Made by a program: the position numbers and the translations under genes. A stretch of 64,000 nucleotides of DNA. Origin: an uncultured Verrucomicrobiae bacterium. Lineage in GTDB: Bacteria; Verrucomicrobiota; Verrucomicrobiia; Limisphaerales; Palsa-1400. Location: assembly GCA_963764165.1 (NCBI GenBank), contig CAVXRD010000001.1:608001-672000 (forward strand). Reading direction: 5' to 3'. Below the pieces are notes generated by a model, which made no database searches, had not been told where the DNA came from, and saw only the letters and a program-made list of their open reading frames with translations. Below are positions 57,779-64,000 of the stretch, piece by piece. Numbering within the stretch: the first letter of the stretch is position 1; the number at the start of each line of letters is the position of its first letter.

Positions 57779-58396
57779 GTGGACGTCAAAGTAAAAATTT
57801 GCGGGATAACGAGCGTGGCCGATGCCGAAGCGGCGGTCGCCGCGGGCGCGGATGCGCTGGGCTTGATGTTTGTGCCCAGCAGCCCGCGCTATTTGACGCT
57901 CGAGGCCGCGGTGGAAATCGCGCGAAGGCTGCCGCTGTATATTTTGCGCGTCGGCGTTTTTGCGGATGCACCGGCCGCTGATGTTTTCGCGGCCATGAAC
58001 CATTGCCAATTGACGCTTCTCCAGTTTCATGGCGCGGAGCCGCCCGCTTACTGCGTGCAATTTGGCTTGATGACGATGAAGGCATTTCGTGTCAAGAATA
58101 GTGATTCGCTGGCGGATTTGGCCAATTACCAAACCGACGCGTTTTTGCTCGATAGCTTCGTCCCAGGCCGCGCGGGTGGAACTGGCGAAACATTCAATTG
58201 GGATTTGGCGATCGAAGCCAAAAAATTCGGCAAGCCGATTTTTCTCGCGGGCGGATTGAATCCGCAGAACGTGGCCGAAGCCGTCCGCAAGGTGGAGCCC
58301 TTCGGCGTCGATGTCTCCAGCGGCGTCGAGCTTTCGCCGGGGAAGAAAGATCCAAAAAAAATGCAGGACTTTGTCGCCGCCGTTCGCGGCGCATAA
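57779..58396 (+). CDS. trpF: Phosphoribosylanthranilate isomerase
   Basis: VKICGIT, QFHGAE, GGTGETFNW, LAGGL, GVDVSSGVE. Confidence 0.96.
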   Translation: MDVKVKICGITSVADAEAAVAAGADALGLMFVPSSPRYLTLEAAVEIARRLPLYILRVGVFADAPAADVFAAMNHCQLTLLQFHGAEPPAYCVQFGLMTMKAFRVKNSDSLADLANYQTDAFLLDSFVPGRAGGTGETFNWDLAIEAKKFGKPIFLAGGLNPQNVAEAVRKVEPFGVDVSSGVELSPGKKDPKKMQDFVAAVRGA

Positions 58397-58399
58397 ATT

Positions 58400-58975
58400 A
58401 TGAGCAAGGAAATCTCGCGTTGTCCGTGGCCGGTGGATGAGCTTTACCAAACATATCACGACACGGAATGGGGCGTGCCGCTGCACGATGACCGCGCCCT
58501 TTTTGAATTCCTGATTTTGGAAGGCGCGCAAGCTGGATTAAGCTGGCACACCGTTTTGAAGAAGCGCGAAAATTACCGCGCCGCCTTCGACCAATTCGAT
58601 CCGGAGAAAGTCGCCCGTTACACGCCCGCAAAAATCGCCAGGCTGCTGGCCAATCCGGGAATCATCCGGAACAAATTAAAAATCGCCTCGTCCGTTCAAA
58701 ATGCGCGGGCGTTTCTCAAGGTGCAGGAAGCCTTCGGCAGCTTTGACAAATATATTTGGGGCTTCGTCAATGGCGCCCCCATTGTCAATCATCCGCGCAC
58801 CATGAAAGACGTCCCCGCCCGCACGCGCGAGTCAGACGCATTGAGCAAAGACCTGAAACAGCGCGGATTTAATTTTGTAGGTTCCACGATTTGCTACGCG
58901 CACATGCAGGCGACGGGCATGGTGAACGACCACCTCGTCCATTGCTTCCGCCACGCGGAACTTTGCGGGAAGTAG
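58400..58975 (+). CDS. tag: DNA-3-methyladenine glycosylase I
   Basis: YHDTEWG, LEGAQAGLSW, IIRNKLKI, MQATGMVNDH. Confidence 0.96.
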   Translation: MSKEISRCPWPVDELYQTYHDTEWGVPLHDDRALFEFLILEGAQAGLSWHTVLKKRENYRAAFDQFDPEKVARYTPAKIARLLANPGIIRNKLKIASSVQNARAFLKVQEAFGSFDKYIWGFVNGAPIVNHPRTMKDVPARTRESDALSKDLKQRGFNFVGSTICYAHMQATGMVNDHLVHCFRHAELCGK

Positions 58976-59012
58976 AGCGCCGAAGATGCTGGGCGATCTT
59001 CCATGACCTTCC

Positions 59013-59498
59013 CTAATCCTTCAAGTGTTTCTGTTCGCCTACTGCGTAAGCCTCCCGCAGCCAGCCCTCAACCTCCTCATCTACCTCCATCACCGACATC
59101 AGGCGGAAATGATGCACATGGTTTCGCCGCGAAATCGTCTCGATGCGCCGAATGCGGGGAGCTTCCAGCCGACGTGCCAGCACCACGTGCCCGTCCACCC
59201 ATCGCGTCCGCGGCGTCACCTGCGCGAAGGACATCCGCACTTGGAATGCGATGCGCGTTTTCTCCGGCAGCACCTTTACCGGTCCGATTTTTCGGATTGC
59301 GCCCAACACCGCCTCAAAAATCGCCCGCACCTCCGCCGGTTTCCCCGCGAAGTGCGTTTCCAAATCATGCTTCCCGCAAAAGTGCGACTGGTTTCGATTC
59401 GCAAACTCGCGCCCGCAGCCCGGGCAGCGCCACAACGGTCTTGCCGCGCGTTTTAGGCAGCCGGCAGGATTTGCATCGTGTTTTCCGCGCATCGTCAA
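59013..59498 (-). CDS. DUF5655-like protein with an N-terminal zinc-finger-like motif
   Basis: WRCPGCGREF..NQSHFC; C-terminal VDEEVEGWLREAY. Confidence 0.7.
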   Translation of the reverse strand: MTMRGKHDANPAGCLKRAARPLWRCPGCGREFANRNQSHFCGKHDLETHFAGKPAEVRAIFEAVLGAIRKIGPVKVLPEKTRIAFQVRMSFAQVTPRTRWVDGHVVLARRLEAPRIRRIETISRRNHVHHFRLMSVMEVDEEVEGWLREAYAVGEQKHLKD

Positions 59499-59947
59499 GG
59501 TTTCAACGAGAGCTTTTCGGCGGCGGCCAATCTGCGCTGATTCGCATCAAATGTCAGAAATTCCTTCGCCTCCAAATGTAATGCGGTTGCCACATGAAGA
59601 ACATCAAAGCTCCGATGCCCACTCAGAGACGTGTGCTTTTTCGAGAGTTGCTCTGCCAGGACAAACACATCCTGAAAGTTGCAAGGCATTAAGACTGCCA
59701 CACCGTTTGAAAGATCAGTGTCAAATTGCAGAAAAGCAGCCTGAGCAACTGACGGGGCGATCCCTTCGCACGGATTTGCGGAGTGTCTCCAAGTTTGAAA
59801 ACGAAGCGACTGGCGAAATTCATAGGCTAGAAAAGCCGCAACATGAAGCGGCTCGCGCATGCCTGCGGCATACGCGGCGGCGGAAGGTGAATTCGACTGC
59901 TTCACATAAAAGGCGCACAGAAAACTTGTGTCCGGGTACGCCGTCAT
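59495..59947 (-). CDS. vapC: PIN-domain toxin (VapC family)
   Basis: YPDTSFL, RSFDVLHVATA, FLTFDANQ. Confidence 0.88.
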   Translation of the reverse strand: MTAYPDTSFLCAFYVKQSNSPSAAAYAAGMREPLHVAAFLAYEFRQSLRFQTWRHSANPCEGIAPSVAQAAFLQFDTDLSNGVAVLMPCNFQDVFVLAEQLSKKHTSLSGHRSFDVLHVATALHLEAKEFLTFDANQRRLAAAEKLSLKP

Positions 59948-60198
59948 GACAGGTCTCCCCGACTGAGTTCAAGACCCCGCGCAATGTCTGATGAATCGTA
60001 GCACGCATCCCCGAAAGTTTGCTGCAGACGCGCCATGATATCCGGCATTTTAAATTTGCGCGGTGTTTGGCGAGTCGCCGGCACCAGCCGGGCAATCACT
60101 TTTCCTGATTTGGTAATTTCCACCGACTCGCCCTCCTCAACCCACGCAGCCACACGAGGAAAGTGATTTCGCAAGTCCCTGACAGTCGCTGTTTTCAT
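59944..60198 (-). CDS. Phd/YefM-family antitoxin
   Basis: MKTATVRDLRNHF..VEEGESVEITKSGKVIARLVP; ATGA overlap with the toxin gene. Confidence 0.88.
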   Translation of the reverse strand: MKTATVRDLRNHFPRVAAWVEEGESVEITKSGKVIARLVPATRQTPRKFKMPDIMARLQQTFGDACYDSSDIARGLELSRGDLS

Positions 60199-60199
60199 C

Positions 60200-60219
60200 G
60201 TGAGACAAACGTGTCTCAC
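60200..60219. promoter_or_regulatory. Palindromic operator of the Phd-VapC operon
   Basis: GTGAGACA-AACG-TGTCTCAC immediately upstream of the antitoxin ATG. Confidence 0.65.
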
Positions 60220-60276
60220 AGCGCTTGAAAAATCAACAAAAAATCACAGTAGGTCAAGCTTTTGATTAACCCGATT

Positions 60277-60717
60277 TCAAAAGGCGTCGGGCCGAAGGGG
60301 TTCGGCCTTCAAAATGTCGAATCTCCAATCCAAGGCGTCACACTCGAAAGTCTCATCCCTAAAGTAAAACAGAAAATGCCGGGAGCGTTCGGCTGCCCGG
60401 TCGACCTCAACCCATTCGTCTGGGCATTCCGCCAATCGCAAATCGCCTTCTACCTCGTAAAATTCTCCCCATCGCGGAGCCAACCCGGTGAATCGACATT
60501 GTCCGCGAAACCAACCCTCATCATTAGTGGCGCCGAGGCGATAACGAAGACAAGAAACGAATCGCAGCCGTCCTTTGTCCTCAGCACTGAATTGCGGAAA
60601 CTGGAACGGGTTCAAAAAAAACGTGACGACAACATCACCACCCTCGATAGCGACTCTCGGATCAGGTGCATTAGGCTCGGCGTTCCACCCCTCATTGAGT
60701 TGTCGGAAGGTCGTCAA
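60277..60717 (-). CDS. Hypothetical protein coupled to the GNAT toxin gene
   Basis: 146-aa ORF with ATGA overlap; WNAEPNAP and HFLFYFRDETFEC segments. Confidence 0.7.
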   Translation of the reverse strand: MTTFRQLNEGWNAEPNAPDPRVAIEGGDVVVTFFLNPFQFPQFSAEDKGRLRFVSCLRYRLGATNDEGWFRGQCRFTGLAPRWGEFYEVEGDLRLAECPDEWVEVDRAAERSRHFLFYFRDETFECDALDWRFDILKAEPLRPDAF

Positions 60718-61229
60718 GGTATCAGTTTGAACTCCACACTTTTAATAACATCCTTCATCATAAGCATCATGTGAAACGAATTTACCGGCGAAGGAATGAA
60801 GCCGTATTTGGAGTAAAAGTCGGCGGCCCGCTGGTTCTTGGCATGCACTAACACGGCGCGAATTCCGATGACGCGGGAAGCTTCCAATATCTTTAGCAAA
60901 GCGTGCTTTAGCAGGCCTGGGCCGATTTTCTGGCCTTGAAAATTCGTATCTACAGCCAGCCTTGCCAACAAGGCAACCGGGATCGGATGCTGTGGGGTTC
61001 CTTTGGCCACTCTTTCTGGAACGGCTGCCCGTTCAACAGAACCTGCTGCAATCGAAAAATATCCGACCACGATAGTCTGATCCACAGGGGTAGTTACATA
61101 CGTCCTGGCGATTCCCGCGCTTGTGTTGGCCAGGGCATATTTGATGAGAAACTCGTTCAAAGCGGTGTTTCCACAATCAAAATTCCGAACGTCATGGGCA
61201 CTGCTTATCAGGGCTGGAGGCGAGAACAT
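60714..61229 (-). CDS. GNAT acetyltransferase toxin (AtaT/TacT-like)
   Basis: FDCGNTALNEFL, LLARLAVD..QGQKIG, VHAK, FYSKYGF. Confidence 0.9.
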   Translation of the reverse strand: MFSPPALISSAHDVRNFDCGNTALNEFLIKYALANTSAGIARTYVTTPVDQTIVVGYFSIAAGSVERAAVPERVAKGTPQHPIPVALLARLAVDTNFQGQKIGPGLLKHALLKILEASRVIGIRAVLVHAKNQRAADFYSKYGFIPSPVNSFHMMLMMKDVIKSVEFKLIP

Positions 61230-61531
61230 CAACGCGCCTCAAAAACGGATGGTTCAGACAATAACCGTTTCAGTTCAGGAATTTCCTTTGCCGGCGCATC
61301 CAGTGCCGCATTGAACGCCAGCCATTGGGCCTTGGGCAGAACAAACCGGGTCTGCTCCGCCAATATTGCTTCCGCAGCGTCTTGGGACGAGCGCACGACG
61401 AAATCAGTAAGCGAGTTTTTGCGCAGTTTTGCCGCCTTGAGGATCAGAATTTTCACCGCTGGCGCAATTCGCAAATTCAGGCGCTCGGTTGCCGCCTGTG
61501 TATCAACACGGGGTTTCGATATTGTGCTCAC
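61229..61531 (-). CDS. DUF1778 (RHH) antitoxin (AtaR/TacA-like)
   Basis: ERLNLRI..K.LI.KAA, SLTDFV, W.AF.AALDAP. Confidence 0.9.
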   Translation of the reverse strand: MSTISKPRVDTQAATERLNLRIAPAVKILILKAAKLRKNSLTDFVVRSSQDAAEAILAEQTRFVLPKAQWLAFNAALDAPAKEIPELKRLLSEPSVFEAR

Positions 61532-61568
61532 AATGTGCGTACATTAGGCTTTTCGCTCTGGTTGTCAA
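61532..61568 (-). promoter_or_regulatory. Sigma70-type promoter with an overlapping palindrome, for the DUF1778-GNAT operon
   Basis: TTGACA (61563-61568)-N16-TAATGT (61541-61546); palindrome AATGT-GCGT-ACATT at 61532-61545. Confidence 0.6.
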
Positions 61569-61743
61569 GGGACCTTTGTTCCAGCCGCGGATGCTGCCCG
61601 AAATTGTCCCGCCACCGGGCTGAATGATAAATTCGGCCTCACTTTATAATTGTTAGCGCTTTTGGCTTATGGCATGGTTTGTCCAGCGGCAGCCACGAGT
61701 GTTGGCTGGGCTTTGCTGAAGCACAATCTAACGAAAGCATTTT

Positions 61744-62109
61744 ATGGACGTTCCGCCATTAACCACAAATTTGCCGCCGTCGGCCACCCCAAGAGGAAGT
61801 GACAAAATTTGGACGGTGCTCAGTCATCTCTCGGTTTTTTTGGCCGTGCCGTTCATTTTGCCATTAGTCGTTTATCTAGTGATGAGGGATGAGTCACGCT
61901 ATGTCTCGGAGAATGCAAGGGAGGCGCTCAATTTTCACGTTTCACTGCTGATTTATTCGCTTTGCTGCATCCCGCTCGCGCTGATAGGAATCGGTTTTCT
62001 CTTATTGTTCGTCATATGGATATCCTCCTTGATTTTTGCGGTCGTTGCGGCTGTAAAATCATCCGATGGATCATGCTACCGCTATCCGCTGACGATTCGG
62101 CTGATTTGA
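61744..62109 (+). CDS. DUF4870 family membrane protein
   Basis: W.VLSHLS, PLVVYL, AREALNF, YRYPLTIRLI. Confidence 0.88.
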   Translation: MDVPPLTTNLPPSATPRGSDKIWTVLSHLSVFLAVPFILPLVVYLVMRDESRYVSENAREALNFHVSLLIYSLCCIPLALIGIGFLLLFVIWISSLIFAVVAAVKSSDGSCYRYPLTIRLI

Positions 62110-62231
62110 GGAATCCCTAGCCGAACGATGCGGCCAAAAAAGCAGCGCGACTATCTTGGTCTTCTCTAGGCGGCGTCCGCCGACTGGCTCCGGCAGAAGA
62201 TCCAAATTCGCCAATCGATGATGAAGCAAAA

Positions 62232-62288
62232 GCGGAAGAAGTCTTCGGCGAGACGCCGAAGACGGCGGTCGAGACGACCGCGCTCCCC
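62232..62288 (-). repeat. REP-like palindromic unit, GGAG type (family D); partner arm degenerate
   Basis: Minus strand reads GGGGAGCGCGGTCGTCTCGACCGCCGTCTTCGGCGTCTCGCCGAAGAC (two tandem hairpins), between convergent genes. Confidence 0.6.
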
Positions 62289-62302
62289 AATTTGCTCAAA
62301 TC

Positions 62303-62455
62303 TTACCTTCTTCTGAATCCGCCGGTAAACGCCATGATGATAATGATGAGCAGGATGAGGCCGACACCGCTTCCGCCGTAGACAGGTCCGCCCCAATAAA
62401 AGCCGCCGCCGCCCAGCAGGAGGAGAAGAATAATGAGAATGATTAATGTATTCAT
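62303..62455 (-). CDS. Small Gly-rich membrane protein (DUF3309-like)
   Basis: MNTLIILIILLLLLGGGGFYWGGPVYGGSGVGLILLIIIIMAFTGGFRRR. Confidence 0.75.
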   Translation of the reverse strand: MNTLIILIILLLLLGGGGFYWGGPVYGGSGVGLILLIIIIMAFTGGFRRR

Positions 62456-62640
62456 GAACGAGCATCGTGCCGAAATCACCCCTACAGCGCGATAGGGTGT
62501 TTCACATGCTTTAATTGACACGCAACCCGCACCCCAGCGAAATCAAGACCCCATGTGTTCAGGCAAGACCGAAACCTTGAAGAGATACTTTTTACACACT
62601 CCGGAATTGAAAAAGTTGGGGAACGATACATGATTCCTAT

Positions 62641-62951
62641 ATGAAAACCTGCTCCTACCCTGTGGTATTGAAAGGCGAATTGCTCCACGAGATTCCGCAG
62701 ACTGCCAAGGTGACAGGCCTTTCGGTCGCGGATTGCATCCACCAAGGCGCAAAGCTGGGGCTGCCGAGTTGCGGGAACAACTTGCGGGGGGCAGTGTAAG
62801 AATCACCAACGTGAATCCGTTGCCAGCCAAAGCCGCCGGGGCTCTCTACGCCGAAGCGGACGACGACACGGCGGCCATTAATTTTTTCATGGAGGCCCAG
62901 TCTAATTCACAGTGGATAAATCGAACCTCACCCACAAGCGCGGCATGGTGA
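62641..62951 (+). pseudogene. Probable frameshifted small RHH/antitoxin-like gene
   Basis: MKTCSYPVVLKGELLHEIPQTAKVTGLSVADCIHQGAKLGLP continues as LREQLAGGSVRITNVNPLP.. after a 1-nt shift near 62767; resembles an RHH pattern. Confidence 0.4.
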
Positions 62952-63218
62952 CGTTAGAGCGGAGGCGAGATATCGCCCGGAAGATTATCCGCGGACCGGC
63001 GATAGCCGGACTGTAGGGGTGCTGCGGCCAAAATTGGGGCAGATTAGCGCTGACAGGGAGTTGTCGAAAAGCCGCGGCCAGTGAGTGCCGTCAAGCACTC
63101 CATATTTGTAGCAACCACCAAGAAAAGTCCCAAGCCCCCGGTAGGGAGCGCACATATTCCGCGCATACAAGCGGGCCAACGCCAGCCGATCTCGAAAGCT
63201 CGCAATATTGCCTCATAG

Positions 63219-63785
63219 TTATCGCTCCTTTGCCTTCTGGTTTTCCGCAATGAGGCGCAACTCTGTGACAACTCGCTGTGCCGCCCCATACAAATCTAAA
63301 TGCTTCTGATTGCTTTCATTTACGACATTCCAGTCAGTGTCAATCACTCGAACCCCGTCGTAGCACACAAGATAAAAACGCAGATGATTGCTTGCGGGGT
63401 ATGGATACTCCTTTGTGGGAATCGCTGCGTCGTAATAGTGCTGTGCGACCTTGACGCATTCTCTGGCAGCGATTCGAACTCTTTCGTGACCAATGCCACC
63501 AATGACTCCAAATGTGCCGGTTGTATAGATGCTCGCGTCCCCTGTGGCGCGAGCAATAACAGTAGCGATTGCGGGCTCAATCGGCCAATCCATGATAACC
63601 GCACAAACTTGAGGAAACTCCGCCGTCGACTTTTCGCCAAAGTCGGAAGGCACCATAGTCAACTGCTTTAGACGCATCTCACGCATGGTCTCGGCTGGAC
63701 TCTTCTTCGCTGCTGGTTCGTTGGTTTGCGCCATAGCTGCGAACGCTTCAATAATCAAAGACGCGATGAAAAGCAATGGGTGCAT
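63219..63785 (-). CDS. Hypothetical secreted protein
   Basis: 188-aa ORF with a signal-peptide-like N-terminus; GDASIY..G.FGVIGG. Confidence 0.7.
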   Translation of the reverse strand: MHPLLFIASLIIEAFAAMAQTNEPAAKKSPAETMREMRLKQLTMVPSDFGEKSTAEFPQVCAVIMDWPIEPAIATVIARATGDASIYTTGTFGVIGGIGHERVRIAARECVKVAQHYYDAAIPTKEYPYPASNHLRFYLVCYDGVRVIDTDWNVVNESNQKHLDLYGAAQRVVTELRLIAENQKAKER

Positions 63786-63836
63786 AGCGTGGGTCCAAAG
63801 ACCAAAAAATAGAGCACCCTCCCCCTATTGGCGAAA

Positions 63837-64000
63837 TCACACCAATATCTTCTTCACCAAATCCGGGAAGGTGCAGTCCTGGCAAAGCGCGTTCGTGCGG
63901 TCGCAGAAATCGTGGGTGATTTGGTGCAGGCCTTGTTGCGCGGCGGCGGTTCCGAGGCGGAGGTTTCGCTGGCCGCCGATTAATCTTTGGCGGGCGAGGC
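63837..64000 (-). CDS. C-terminus of a DUF2851-like protein; start lies outside the window
   Basis: Manual translation: LARQRLIGGQRNLRLGTAAAQQGLHQITHDFCDRTNALCQDCTFPDLVKKILV*. Confidence 0.6.
   Translation of the reverse strand, partial: LARQRLIGGQRNLRLGTAAAQQGLHQITHDFCDRTNALCQDCTFPDLVKKILV

Noticed and set aside
59013..63785. Integron cassette array (small ORFs plus TA pairs)
   Set aside because: No attC-like sites recognised, genes overlap rather than being separated by recombination sites, orientations are mixed, and there is no integrase.

Overview
GC-rich (by eye) bacterial chromosomal window, most consistent with Verrucomicrobiota (inferred from alpha2-type GlyRS, DUF1559 prepilin-like protein, large secreted proteins ending in FFRL, and repeat style). 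It has about 45 CDS. Housekeeping and repair genes: glyQS (partial), recN, recG, parE, parA, hpf, lpxK, waaF, trpF, tag, an Fpg/Nei glycosylase and modABC. Also present: a tricorn protease, two atypical ABC ATPase/membrane-protein pairs, a giant internally duplicated and frameshifted secreted beta-helix protein, three toxin-antitoxin modules plus a probable antitoxin pseudogene, and a complete IS1182-family element inserted into the centre of a REP palindrome. The most striking unexplained structure is a ~220-bp direct repeat (24050-24269 and 31347-31565). Each copy looks like a self-contained sRNA gene (operator palindrome, promoter, three hairpins, intrinsic terminator), and the two copies bracket a four-gene TPP-enzyme/enolase/FAD-FeS oxidase/SDR operon. 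Several other palindromic or 10-bp-periodic repeat families sit at gene ends and often bracket single genes. No rRNA, tRNA or CRISPR array was recognised. All calls come from reading motifs by eye, without database searches.
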